Below are positions 13,988-28,860 of a DNA stretch of 64,000 nucleotides, in pieces; within the stretch, counting starts at the first letter, position 1, and the number at the start of each line of letters is the position of its first letter. A model generated the notes under the pieces. The model worked only from the letters and a program-made list of their open reading frames with translations, did not search any database and was not told where the DNA came from. The position numbers and the translations under genes are program-made. Origin of the DNA: the human T2T-CHM13v2.0 reference genome, Homo sapiens. The DNA is taken from assembly GCF_009914755.1 (NCBI RefSeq), contig NC_060927.1. One strand, written 5' to 3'.

Positions 13988-14310
13988 TGTAGCAGGTGCT
14001 CTTGGTGCCTCAATCACATCCCCTCTGCAGGCACTTACCTTTTGGTTTCATTTTGATGACTTTTTACTGCAAGTTCTTGCAACTTTTGCCTTTCTCATAG
14101 GAGTGTTCTTAACCTATTCACAGGGTAGGTTAGGAGGACCAGGGAGTAACCCCCCTATAGTCACAGTGGAACTGAGCACCAGTTGCCCAATGAAGGAATC
14201 TTGTCATCAACACACTTGTTTTGGCATCCTCTGCTTTGTCCTCTTATTTCTCCATTCCCTTCCTGCTGCTTCCTGTGATCACTTCATTCTAGGAAAACTA
14301 ACTCTGAAAC
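13988..14310 (+). mobile_element. LTR16-like ERVL LTR fragment
   Basis: 'tgtagcaggtgctcttggtgcctc...atcccct' and 'ctccattcccttcctgctgcttcctgtgatcacttc'. Confidence 0.45.
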
Positions 14311-14377
14311 TCTAGGACTTGAGGTCTTCTCTACTACTTACAATTTTTAAACTTTTGCAAGAATTTCCCAAAGTAAG

Positions 14378-14754
14378 TGGATTAGTCCATTTTCACACTT
14401 CTATAAAAATGCTACCTAAGACTGGGTAATTTATAAAGGAAAGAAGTTTAATTGGACTCACAGTTATGCATGGCTGGAGAGGCCTCAGGAAATTTACAAT
14501 TATGGTAGAAGGCAAAGGAGAAGCAAGGACCTTCTTCACAAGGTGACAGGAAAGAAAGAAAAGCCCAGGGAAAACTGCCATTTATAAAACCATCAGATTT
14601 TGGGAGAACTCCTTCACTATCATGAGAACAGCATGGGGGGAATCACCTTCCACGATCCAATCCCCTCCTACCATGTCCCTCCCTCGACACATGGGAATTA
14701 TGAGGATTACAATTCGAGATGAGATTTGGATAAGGACACAGCCAAACCATATCA
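14378..14754 (-). mobile_element. THE1 (THE1C/D-like) MaLR solo LTR
   Basis: 'attagtccattttcacact...aagactgggtaatttataaaggaaaga...gagatttgg...acacagccaaaccatatca'. Perfect 5-bp TSD GTAAG at 14373-14377 and 14755-14759. Confidence 0.93.
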
Positions 14755-16721
14755 GTAAGAGAAGCTTGTATTAATGCAGGCTTGGCTTTACATTTTCCAA
14801 AGTCTTTAGAAATGTTAATAAATAAAAACAGGAGTAAACTTTGTAAAAATGCATCTGACTATAAATATGACCCATTTAATCTTAGAAGAACAATTGATAA
14901 CAGAGCTATTCTTTTTATTTAGTTGCTGGGAATTCCAATGTTCATATTATCAGGAAGTCCAAGATCTCCTTCTGAAGGCTCATCTCTTTATGTACTGTCC
15001 AAAACCTTAGGCAGAGAAAGAAACGGAAACTGTGACCAGTCCCCTAAGAGGGCTTACATCAGGCTTGCCATTGTTCCCACTGCTGCCAGTTAAAACTTGC
15101 TGTATAAACTTTGTATTGCCTAAACTGAAGCATCCCTGCCCTCTCTTGTTGCCCTCAGTTACCCAGTTTCCAGCACAGGCTTCAGAAGGGCACCATACTC
15201 AAGATTCCAGGATGATACTCCCAGGCTTTGCCATTGTGACCAATGTGCACAAACAAATGGGTCCGTGTAGAGATAATATCATCTGCTCTAAGGAGATTTT
15301 TCTGCATTTACATCGGCCAGTGGAAAATTAGAAGCATCTTTTAATGATACATAAGTGAATTAATGCTTTCAATATTTTTGAAAAACTCAGGGAAGGATAG
15401 ATGTCAGAATATATGTCATCATATCCACATGTTGAAATTATGGTTGATTTTTAGTTTTCTTTTTGTTTCTATATACTCCAAATATCTTTAATGCAAATGA
15501 ATTACTTTTGTAATTATATTTTTAATGCTATAATTTTTGGGAAAAAAATTTTTTTAAATGTGACTTAGGGAGTTAGACACATCAGAGAATGGAGAAGAGC
15601 ACAAGGCAAACCACCACCTTGTAAACTTTAGAGTCAGGTACATCCAGAGACATAAAGCCACCAAGATCTGTTTCTCTGAAGCAGAAACCACTGGACTCCA
15701 AAGCAGGAGTAAAAACATTTAGATAACATTTTTAGTGAATTGCTGGAGGCTTAGTGCATGCTGGTATAACAATGTAGGGCTTTCAAGAGTCATAGTCATA
15801 AGACAGCCCCTTACATACTTGGATTTTTCCTCAGGAAAACCACCAGATTTTTACAGGTGGTCTCTGAGAAAGACCCGTCATGGAATTGCCAGGGAGAAAG
15901 AAAGAGTATTCATTGTGAAGCCCTCCCAGAATTTTCTCCATGACAAAGGGCAACTCTTACCCAATCCAGCCCTGTCCATCCTGCCTGTCTCTCCTGGAGG
16001 GCAAGGGTTGGGGGGAAACACCATAATCAATAAGGGAGGGAGGCTTACAGAAAACAGTCTGGGAATGCCATACCCAGAGCAGATTGGAGTATTGGAGTGG
16101 GAGGTGACAGAAGACAGGCAGGGGAGAAAGTCTAGAACAAGTCATGTGGTACTGGATAAGAAATCAGTGCTCTGTACCCTGCAAGGGCCTAAAAGCTATG
16201 ATACCCAGTATGGGTAAGCACAGCCAACATTGCTTTGTAATACCGAACAATAACTTGACCTCACTCTTTCCTATTTGGGGATTAATGAAAATACTTTTTA
16301 TCTTAGACTTGTATAAAGACGTTATGCATGATTTTTTTTTTCTTTCTCTAATTGCTACATTTATTTTTGTGATTCCTTCATCATATTTTTTAATATTATA
16401 AAATTAATTTAAAAGACATCTCATCAAGATAAGCAGTGAAAGGTGGTACATGAGGGCTCTAATTTCAGAACTTTTGGTTGCAAAAGACAGGAATCCACTT
16501 AAGAAAAACAGGATGTATATGATTCACTTATCTGAGAGGTCTAAGCGTGTAGACACAGGTGGCAGCTAATACCGTGTCATCAGAACATTTTCTGTCTTGG
16601 TTCTGTTTTCCTCAAGAGACTCTACATGAAGTGAGGAACCTGGCTGTCAGCAGCTCTAGGCCTAGAGCCTGTACAGCGTTATAAATAATTGCAACTCTCT
16701 TTCCCCTAAATATGGTATTGG

Positions 16722-17015
16722 GGCTGGGTGCAGTGGCTCAAGCCTGTAATCCCAGCACTTTGGGAGGCCGAGGCAGGTGGATCACTTGAGGTCAGGAGTT
16801 CGAGACCAGCCTGGCCAACATGTTGAAACCCCGTCTCTACTAAAAATACAAAAATTAGCCGGGCATAATGGCAGGAGCCTGTAATCCCAGCTACTCAGGA
16901 GACTGACGCAGGAGAATGACTAGAACCTGTGAGGTGGAGGTGGCAGTGAGCCAAGATTGCACCACTGCACTCCAGCCTGGGTGACAGAGTGAGACTGTCT
17001 AAAAAAAAAAAAAAA
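16722..17015 (+). mobile_element. AluS
   Basis: Full dimeric Alu with A tail followed by (TA)n. Confidence 0.96.
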
Positions 17016-17384
17016 TACATATATATATATAGTATAGGGGCTTTGAGATCACAAATTTGCCTCTGTGGTGATAGAGAGTAGGGTCCTTTTCTAGATAGTC
17101 CTATCACATTCATATGGGGTAGAGAAAACCATTTCCCCAAGGCGAGGACATATTGCAGAGAAAAAGAGATGTAACAGATATATATTACACAGACTGTTTG
17201 TCAGGATGGACGAGCTGAAAGTTACATTAATAGACACAATTTTATACTTAATGTAGAAAATCATGAAAGTGGTGAACTGAAGAAACCTCAAACATATACA
17301 CTATATAAAGAAAGTTGAAAAAAATTATGTAATATTTGGGATAGATTATTTTGCCTTTGTTTACACAAGGCTTAATATATAATT

Positions 17385-18106
<722 letters not shown>

Positions 18107-18839
18107 GTCATTAAAACCATTCTGTATTCTAGTAGTCATCTTTCTTTTTAATCATTAGACAATCATTGTATTTTCGATATCAAAGTGGATTCTAAATCAT
18201 ATTTAGGAATGCTTTGCTGTAGTTATTTAAGATACCCTTTAGTATGAAAAATCCTCACAGATATTCATGCTAAGTCATCCATTCAATAAACAGAGCTTGG
18301 GCTGCACATACCATTTAATATTTTTTCCCGGTTCATTTGGTATATTGACAGGGCAGGGAGAGAGAAATTCTCAAGTCTCGTTTCCACCTTATAGTCTGGC
18401 CTTGTATCAGTAATTTTTGTAAAAAATAGATTTTCAAGATGTGATCATATTTTAAAAGCTTTGTAACATGACGAAAAAGAAAATTGGCAATCACACAGTT
18501 CATCCTTTTAGTAAATAAACCATTTAGGAAGATCAGAAACACAAGGGAGAAAGAAGAAAATTATACCCCACATAAGAAAAAAATGAGGAATGGAGGCAAA
18601 AAAACACTTCACTTTTAATTTTTTGAGTAATTAAGATTTTAATTTCATGAATAGTTCTCTAATTTTTAAAAAATCAAACATGTCTTTTGGACAGAGAGGG
18701 GGATATTCTTTGAACTACTTGAAATTTAAAAAACATATATCCATCAATCATACCAACAGTAATTGTAGTAATAAAAATTTTAAATTATCCTCATTATTTC
18801 AGACATGGAAGTTCATTTCTGAATGAACATACAAAATGT

Positions 18840-18966
18840 GGTCAGGCACGATGGTAGCTATTGTCTGTAATCCCAGCACTTTGGGAGGCTGAGGTGGGAG
18901 GATTGCTTGAGCCCAGGATCAAGACCGGCCTGGGCAACACAGCGAGACCTTATCTCTATTTTAAAA
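18840..18966 (+). mobile_element. FLAM_C-like Alu monomer
   Basis: Single left monomer with 'gaggattgcttgagcccagga...cctgggcaacacagcgagacc'. Confidence 0.88.
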
Positions 18967-20132
18967 AGGAAATAAATTTAAAAAACAACATTCAATGCAT
19001 AGCTCTAACATGAAAATATGTGTATTTTAAATATTACGTTAAAGAAATGAAGATTTTGTATGCAAAAACTGTTAAGTCTTTAACACTTTCATAGATCTTC
19101 AGAATTCTTTAATTTTGTATTGAAGGGAAATTTCAAATTTCCTGCTTGAAATAGTCAGACTAAGCTAAAAGATGTTATAAACAGCACCAAAATATCAGTG
19201 GCTTAATGTAATAAACATTTATTTCTCATACCCAAAGTCCAAAACAGATGTTCTAGGTTCAGTGGCTCTCCTAGTGTCTCACCTCTAAGGAAGAACTCAA
19301 GGACCCACGCTCTTCTCATCTAGTTTCTCCTCCACAGAGAGGTCAGAGATTTGAACTCACAAAAATGCACAGTTGTTCTGGATATGAATTTGCTTTACTT
19401 GTCAGCAATGCTTTGGCCACCACCACCATTCATAGACTTCCAACATGCCAAAATTTATTACCTTGAAGTCCCACTCAACACTGTATTATGACAAAAATAG
19501 TGTTTCCCCCATGTCACACGTCTTTCCCCCTATGTCACTGACTTAGATTATCTGCTATAGCATACAATATATGTTTTGAACACATACGGTGCTATTTCTC
19601 CCAAAGCCAAAATTCATGGCTCTGAGAGTCAAGAGGCAGAAATAAAAGTGGCTTCCCTTACTGTTAAACCTAATTATCCATTTACAAAAGTTTGGTTTCC
19701 ATCCCTGAAACTTTGGACCCTGCTAACTTAGTAACCTCAGTTCCCAAAGGAACTAAGAATAATTTCACCGTGAGACACAACCCCTGTTCCATCAAATTGG
19801 ATGTCGAGACTACCACATAGCTATGTTGGGTTTTTCATAAACTTTTAATGAATTAACTGTCAAAGAAGGGGATACTTTATTGGCTGAAGTGATTGACTCT
19901 GATTTTCAGAGAAAAATTAGGCTCCTACTACATAATGGGCACAGAGAGGATAACAAGTGGACTCTCTGAGTTACCTTTTAGCATGGATGTATTCAACAGT
20001 AAAAATTAAAGGGAAAACAACAGAAGTCCAATAAAGACAAAATGACTGAGTCATTAGATCTTCAGAAATAAATATTTGATGTTACTCTACCAGGTTAATA
20101 AATACGACCAGCAGAGACACTGGCCGAGGTCA

Positions 20133-20552
<420 letters not shown>

Positions 20553-20800
20553 CTACGTAATTAATTTAGATAAGGATTAGTGGTGATGATTAGCATTTTT
20601 ACTTTGTTGCTCAGTTATAGAGTATCTGAGGTAGTTATGACTGAACCAGTAGAGGGACTAAGCTAACTGATAGATCAAGAAGGTGATGTTAACATTCTTA
20701 TCTGTATTTCCCCTTTTAGGGTAGAGGGTAAAAGTATTTTTGTCTGAATAAATGCAAAATCATGAGATTGTTGCTAAAGAATTTAAAAATTAGAAAGGAG

Positions 20801-21458
<658 letters not shown>

Positions 21459-21526
21459 TCAGAGCACCATCTCCTGGGGTCTCTCCTCTGCACTCCTGAA
21501 GTACAGAAAGTAGCTAGGAGACACCC

Positions 21527-22460
21527 TGTAATAGAGTCTGACTTCATTTTTTTACGTTTGACTTTTAACTTATTTTAGCCTCACCTCCCCCTTCCCATTT
21601 GGCCCCACATCTGAACATGCCGATAAGAAAGCCTGTGTGCCTCCTCCTTTGGCACTGGTGGAAAATTCAAATCTTGCAAGTAGCCAGCCTATGGATAGGA
21701 ACTTTTCCCCCTTCCCACTCCCTAGCCATCATTATGGTTTAACCCACTCCTTCTGCCTGACTTAAATCAGCATGAACCTGCTTGTGCCTGTGTAAGGATC
21801 ACAGTGCTTTGGTAAAGAATAGGCAGAGGTAAATATCCAGAGTGTCTCAGTGAGTTTAGAGTGCAGATGTGTAACTCCACTTATTATCATAGCCATGTAG
21901 CCATAACATGGGAAGGCCATCACTTAGCTCTAAGCCACTATTGTCTGTTAAAGGTATAATTGCCCTGCTGACACTGTGTGGGGTACACTTGTGCCCAGAA
22001 AGAGAGCCAGAGCTGTCTGTCTTGCAGACAAACAAGGGGAAGTCAGGATACAGCTCAGCTCACTAGTGCCAAGAAAGAGAAAGAGTTAAGCTGCTGACCC
22101 TGAAGGCAAGGGAAAGCCGGCTGTGCAGCTGTGCATGGGAGCAGCTGGCTCAAGCAGCCAAGACAGAGAGGACAGTGTAAGAGAGCTGCTGATGAGAGAG
22201 CCGCTGAATAAAGCCATGTCTCATTTACCTGCTGTCTCTGGGTGTTCTTCTAGCTCCATGCCCCACATCTACCTACACCCCTTGGACCTCAGCTGGAGCT
22301 TGACCCTAACCCTGAGCATAACAGCCTGTTCTTATTGCCTTAGGAGTTGCTGTGTGAGTAATAAACTTTTTCTCAAGTTTATCTGGTGTGTGGAATGTCC
22401 GCAGCCTCTACCTCATATCTATAATAGGAAGGGGATCCATACCACCTTTAAGGGTGACAA
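21527..22460 (+). mobile_element. ERVL LTR (MER54-like), split by LTR32
   Basis: Starts TGTAATAGAGTCTGACTTCATTTTT. Resumes after 22328 with 'gtgagtaataaactttt'. Confidence 0.55.
21791..22323 (+). mobile_element. LTR32-like ERVL solo LTR
   Basis: Runs TGTAAGGATCACAGTGCTTTGGTAAAGAATAGGC to CATAACA, with AATAAA at ~22207. Perfect 5-bp TSD GCCTG at 21786-21790 and 22324-22328. Confidence 0.8.
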
Positions 22461-22564
22461 TAATATATAGCCCTTTCTCAGAGGACTGACCAAATAATTT
22501 ATGATTAATTATTTTCTGAGTTCCTAAGTTTTCGTAACCCACCTGTTCCCTTTTGCTTCCCTGA

Positions 22565-23098
22565 TGTATTTATTATTATTGGTGCATAACAAATTACCCA
22601 AAATTTAGTGTCTTAAAGCAAATGTTTATTATTTCAGTTTCTGAGGGTTGGGAATGTAGACATAGCTTAGATAGATGCCCCTGGTTCAAAATTTCTTATG
22701 GAGCTGTATTAGAATTGTTGGCAGAGGCTGTGGACTCATCTGAAGGCTTGACTGGTAGAGGAGAAATCAGCTTCAAAGCTCTCTCACATGGTTGTTGGCA
22801 GGCTTTAGCCCCTTGTCGCATAAGCTCTCTCCCTGCTAGACTGCTTCGTAATATGTCAGCTGGCTTTCCCCAGGGTGAGTCATCCAACAAAGAGTGAAAG
22901 AGAACATGCCAAGACAGAATCCATAGTATTTTTATATCCTAATATTTAAACTGGTCTCTGATTATGTCTGCTTAGTTCTGTTCATTAGAAGCTTCATTAG
23001 GTCCAGCCTATCCTTGAGGGGAGGGTCATGTATGAATGGAGGACATGAGTATCAGGAAGTGGGGGTTTTGGATACCATTGAATAAGCTCTCTATTACA
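22565..23098 (-). mobile_element. MLT1F-like MaLR LTR
   Basis: 'gcataacaaattacccaaaatttagtgtcttaaa...tctgagggttgggaat...catctgaaggcttgactgg...ctcacatggttgttggcagg'. Confidence 0.75.
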
Positions 23099-24504
23099 CC
23101 CAGCCCTAGGGTAGTAGCTGTTTCCTGCTATTATCTCAGAACTAAAAAGTAACTTTGTGCTTCTTCATCTTCACTGATTACACACCTGTGTAATCAATGT
23201 TCTGATATTAAATCTCCTTTCTTTGAATAAAAAGCATGATTTATTTTTCCTGACTTGACTGTAAAAAACACAATACATAGGATCCTATGCTGGAGTTTTT
23301 CCACATCTAATTCACAAATAAAGAGAGCATGGGATACTTTTGTCCACATCTCATTGGCCAGAACTCAATCACATGACTAATATAACTGCAAAGGTGGCTG
23401 AGAAATGTATGGAATACCCAGATATTAGTGAAAATAATAGTGTCTGCATGCTGATTATTTTTCAAGAAGTCATACACACACTGTCAATACTTCCTAAGTA
23501 CTACTTTCTAAGCTAAATAACTTTCTTTACAAAAACATTTTTTTCAAAAAACTCAAAACACTGCAAGCATGATGATTCTAATTTATGGATTTTTTTCCCC
23601 ATTGGATTCTTCATGAGGAAATTTATTTCCCAAAAATGTGCTGAAAGTAGTGGAAGCTTCATGTAGTCAATAATTTGAGTCTGTGATTCAAAGGTAATTT
23701 AATAATTTTTTCAGTTATTATAGAATTAAAATATTAATAGTTGTTATCATACAGTTTTCAGCAAAAATAGTAACTTTTAGAAACTGTACAATATATTAGC
23801 ATAAAATGCACTATATGCACAAATTTCTGTTTTTCTGAACTTTAAAATCATTAGAAATGAAAACGAATCTTGTCTATGTGTGAGGGCTTATCTGCTATTT
23901 TCAAATACTATGTATCTTTATAGTCAAAACAGATGTAGATAGAATCCATGGTTTAATTACTAAGAAAGAATTCTTAACAGTGAACTTCCGTACTTTCAGA
24001 GTATGACAGGGAGATTACTCAACTTCAAAATAAGTTTTCCAATTTTATCTGCTTATGTTTTATGAATACTTGGGGTACACTATTTATAAAGATGTAATTT
24101 CATAACATCGAAAACAAAAAAAGGTAGGCCTAGATCTAAAGTAGCTCTAAAGGACCACAACTTCAATATCTTATTGAAGTTAAGCTGGTGTAAATTCAAG
24201 TAAGATTATTATAACTTTAGAATGTTAACTATACTCCCCCAATGTAAGCACAAAGAAAGTAGATATAGAATATACACATAAAAATATGAGAAAGGAAGGT
24301 AAATGTTTCACTAGAAACAATCAACTCAACAAAATGAAGACAGTATTACAGGAAATGAAATATGAAAAGGTATAAAGCATATAGAAAAAAATAGCAAAAT
24401 GACAGAAACAAGTTCCTCCTTATCAATAATTAAACATAAATGAATTAAACTTTCCAATCAAAAGATGGAGATTAGCAGAATGAATAAAAAACAGGACCCA
24501 ACTA

Positions 24505-24850
24505 CAGTCATGCTCTGCTTAACAACCAGGATATGTCCTGAATAATGTATCATTAGGCAATTTTATCATTGTGAGCATTATAGAGTGTACTTACACAAAC
24601 CTAGATGGTCTAGTGTACACACACCTAGGTGATAAGGTATAGCCTATGGCTTCTAGGCTGCAAACCTGTACAGCATATTACTGTACTGAATACCATAGGC
24701 AATTATATCACAATGATAGGTATTTTTTAAATCTAAACATATCCAAACATAACAAAGTTATAGTAAAAATAAAGTATTGTAATTGTATGGGACCACCATC
24801 ATATCTTTAGTCCACTGTTGACCAAAATATTATTACATGGCATACGACTG
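24505..24850 (+). mobile_element. Tigger3a-like (Tc1/mariner-derived) non-autonomous DNA transposon
   Basis: TIRs CAGTCATG.../...CATACGACTG flanked by TA at 24503-24504 and 24851-24852; 346 bp. L1 sequence rejoins across it. Confidence 0.9.
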
Positions 24851-26069
24851 TATATGCATCTACAAAAGAGTCATTTTAGATTCAAAGACGGAAATAGATT
24901 GAAAGTGAAAAGATGGAAAAATATGTTTCCTGCAAATATTAATAGTAACCAAAAGAGAGCAAGGGTGGTTATACTAAAATCAGACAAAATAGACTTTACA
25001 TCAAAAAGTTTTACAACATAAAGGATAATCCATATTAGTAAAAAGTTTAATACAACAAGATATAACAATGATTAATATTTACACACCTATATAAGACCAT
25101 CAAATGTTGGAGGCAAAACCAGACAGAATTGAAAGGAGAAATAGGCAATTCCACAACAGTTGGAGATTTCAATATCCTATTCTCAATAATGGACAGTACA
25201 ATTCAATGGAATAAGACAATAGAAGACTTAAACAACACAATATACCAACTAGATCCACTAGATATGTACCTTACAGTCTATCCAATAACAGAATACACAT
25301 TCTTCCCTAGAGTACATGAGACATTTTCATAGACCATGTTAGATCACAAATTAGGTCTCAATAGAATTAAAAAGACAAACAGCATACAGAGTATATTCTC
25401 CAACTCCAATTAGTTGTAGTTAGAAAACAGTAACAGCAGGAGAAATTCACAAATTTGAGGAAATTAAACAGTCTTACACAACCACTGGATCAAAGAAGAA
25501 ATCACAGGAAAATGATCTAAACTTAGAAATAAATGAAAATGGAAACACAGCACCAAAACTCATGGCACTAGTGAAAGCAGTGCTAAGGATCAAATTCACA
25601 GTCATAAACGTTTAGATCAAGAGCCAAGAAAGTTCTCAAATCAACAACTTTATAGCTTAACAAACTTGAAAAACAAGAATAAGCTAAATGCAAAACTACT
25701 AGAAGGAAGGAAATAATAAAGATTAGAGCATAGATCAACAAAATAGAAATAAAAAATAGAGAAAATTAATGGAACCAAAAGTTGGTTCTTTGAAAAGATC
25801 AACAAAATTGACAAACTTTAGCAAGATGAACAAAGAAAAAACGAAGATTCAAATTACTAAAATCAAAAATGAAAGTGAGGACATTATTATTGATTCTACA
25901 GAAATAAAAAAAGATTATGAGAGTACTATACACAATTGTATGCCAACAAATTGGATAACCTAAATGATATAAATAAATTCCTAGAAATGCAAAACCCATG
26001 GAAACTAAATCACAAAGAAATACAAAAATCTGAGTAGACCTATAGCTACTAACAAAACTGAATCAGTAT

Positions 26070-27043
26070 AAGATATACAGGGGGAAAAAAAAGGATATTT
26101 TGCCTTTTCTTATACATTCAATACTACAGAGAATACTTCACCTCTAATCACTAAGATACGTGGGAATTTCTCCCCACACATGAAGCAAACAATCAATTCA
26201 GCAACTGACACCAGCTGGCTGTCCTATAATTCAACTCAATTTGCAACTATCTAACTGGTAATAGTGTCAGATCCCACAGGCTGAGGGCTCAGTTCCACAT
26301 GGGTGTTCCCCACTTCAGATGCCAGTCAGTTGCAACCACAAGTTATGATCTGTGCTTCTGATCAACTAGCTATTAATCAGCGTTCCCACAACTCTCAGGT
26401 TTAAGTAATTTGCTAGAATGGCTTGCAGAACTCAGGGAAACAGTTATTTATGTGTACCTATTTATTATTTTAAAATATTACGGAGGATACAGATGTATGG
26501 CCAGATGGAAAAGATACAGAGGGTAAGGTGTGTGGGAAAAAGCACAGAACTTCCATGCCCTCCCTAGGTTCACCATCCTCCAGGAAACTCTGTGTTCAGC
26601 TATCCAGAAGCTCTCCAAATCCTGTCCTTTGGGGTTTTTATGGAGGCTTTATTATGTAGACATGGTTGATTACATCAATGGTCATTGGTGATCAAATTAA
26701 TCTTCAGCCCCTCTCCTCTCCCAAAGTGGGGTGTGTGTGACTAAAAGTCCCAATCCTCTACTTTTTTTGGTCCAATCACATTTCTACGTGTCTGTAGATC
26801 ACAGATTGTATCTTTTTTGTCTAATCGCAATTCTACATGGCTACCCATTCTTCATCAAACTTAAGCCTAAAAATAGTCTTCCCTAGGTCTTTGGTCTTCA
26901 TTTCTGAAGACTCCTGTGTCATGTAAAACTTCAATTAAACAAATTTGTTATGCTTTTGTCTTGTTACTTTTCTTTTGTTACAGGAATCTTGGCCATAACC
27001 TTTATGATGAATGAGGAAAAGTATCACATCTATCCATCCCTAC
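26070..27043 (+). mobile_element. MER21-like LTR
   Basis: 'gacaccagctggctgtcctataattcaactcaat...gtcagatcccacaggctgagggctcag' and 'tttgctagaatggct...agaactcagggaaac'. Ends ...CCCTACA. Confidence 0.7.
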
Positions 27044-27342
27044 ACACCCATTAGGATGGCTACAATCAGAAAAACACAAAATAAAAAGTGTTGGTGAGGA
27101 TATAGTTTAAACTCTTTGCACTGTTGGTGGGAATGTAAAATGGTGCAGCCACTGTGGAAAACACTACGGTAGTTCCACAAAAATAAAAACAGAATTGCCA
27201 TATGATCTAGCAATCCCAATTCCTGGTTATCGATCCAAAATAAGTGAAAATAGAGTCTCAAAAACATATTTGTACACCCATGCTCACAGCTGCATTATTT
27301 ATAATAGCTAAAACATAGAAGCAATCCAAGTGTCCATCAAAG

Positions 27343-27841
27343 TGTTAAAGTATGCTACTGGCTGACAGATAAAATGAATTCCCTGTGGCTGAGGCACTCT
27401 ATGTTAAAATAGAGCAAGGTGACCATAGCTGGGTGAAGGAATAGCCATGTACTCTGTGTTCTCAGAAAGAGACTGTAAAAATGTCACAGAGCCTTTCTTT
27501 TTGCAGTCAAGCCAAACTAGTTCCTGTTATTGGAACCGAGATAGACTGCAGCTGGAAATTTTCAAACTGACCACAAACAGATCACCTGAGGCCAGCCAAT
27601 AAAGAGACACTTGTGAGGTCTTGCTTAAACTTTATCCAGTCCAAACCCCACAACCCCACACCTGATTTCCACCCCACCCTCATCCTGCAGTTTTTGCCTT
27701 TATAATCTCCTACTCTCTGACCTCTCCTCGAGGGACACTTTCATTCTACACCAGAGACTACATCTTCCCAATCTACAGATTGCTTTTAGAAAATAAATTT
27801 CTCCTTTTGCTTCCACAGATCTCATTGGTCTTTTGTTAATA
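27343..27841 (+). mobile_element. Solo LTR (LTR47-like) inserted in L1 3' region
   Basis: TGTTAAAG start, TATAA ~27701, AATAAA ~27792, ends 'cttttgttaata'. L1 'tgtccatcaa|...gatgaatggataa' rejoins across it. Confidence 0.65.
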
Positions 27842-28309
27842 GAAGGATGAATGGATAATCAATATGGGTGGCACATGGGGAGCTAATTGTTTACTGGGTA
27901 CAGAGTTTCAGTTTTATCAGATGAAAAGAGTTCTAAAGATAGATGCTGGTGATGTATGCACAATAATTATGAATATTTAATACCACTGAACTATATACTT
28001 AAAAATTGTTGATGATAAATTTTGTCATATTTTACCAAAAAAAAAAATGGAAAAAAGGACTTGCAAAAATAATTTTTAACTAAGAATGTCTAGTTGTTTC
28101 CAAAAACTAAAAACATAGGGTGACCACTCTTAAACCTACCTCAAATATCTAAAAAGTTTAGAGTGCTATGGATTTGAATAGTTTCAAGTAGACCACTTCT
28201 AAAATATGTACATCAGTTTTCATAAACACATATATATGGTTGACAGGAAAAAACAAGAATCTGCATCTTTTGTTTGTTTTTTGTTTTTGGTGAGTCCTAT
28301 CTTCCCTAT

Positions 28310-28782
28310 TACTATTTTTATTTTTTAGTTTTTTAATTTTAAACATTTTAAAAATTTCAATAGTTTTATGGATACAAGTGGTTTTTGATTACATGGATGA
28401 ATTGCATAGTGCTGAAGTTTAGGATTTTAGTGCACCTGTCACTCAAGGAGTGTACATTGTACCCAACAGATAATTTTTCATGGCTCACCCTCCTTCTTCT
28501 CTCCCCTCTCTGAGTGTCCAATATCCATTATATCACTCGGTATGCCTTTGCTTATCCATAGCTTAGGTCCAACTTATAAGTGAGAACATAGGATATCTGG
28601 TTTTCAATTCCCGAGTTACTTCACTTAGAATAATGGCCTCCAGTTCCATTCAAGTTGCTGCAAAAGACAATGTTTCACTCTTTTTTACAGCTGAGTAGTA
28701 TCCCATGGAGTGTGTGTGTGTCTGTGTGTGTATACATACATATATACACACATGTATATGTATATATGTGTGTTTGTGTATA

Positions 28783-28830
<48 letters not shown>

Positions 28831-28860
28831 CTTATCACATTTCTCTATCCATTCATTGGT
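28310..28860 (-). mobile_element. L1PB-like 3' end
   Basis: 'acaagtggtttttgattacatggatgaattgcatagtg...ttttagtgcacctgtcac...acttataagtgagaacat...gagttacttcacttagaataatggcctccag'. Confidence 0.85.
28710..28829. repeat. Compound (TG)/(CA)/(TA)n microsatellite with a pure (AT)n tract at ~28787-28829
   Basis: Read directly from the sequence. Confidence 0.95.

Larger units (their letters stand above)
24080..28047 (+). mobile_element. Old L1 (L1MB-like): ORF2 endonuclease to 3' end, interrupted and internally deleted
   Basis: ORF-track peptides QKSHFRFKDGNRLKVKRWK...ILKSDKIDF and VGDFNILFSIMD...YTFF are L1 endonuclease motifs. The 3' end is 'tgggtacagagtttcagtttt...gatgaaaagagttct...accactgaact' plus A tail. 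Confidence 0.88.

Noticed and set aside
15735-16217. 160-aa ORF
   Set aside because: GTG start and no known motif. The sequence resembles an old L1M 5' region, and there is no splice or promoter support.
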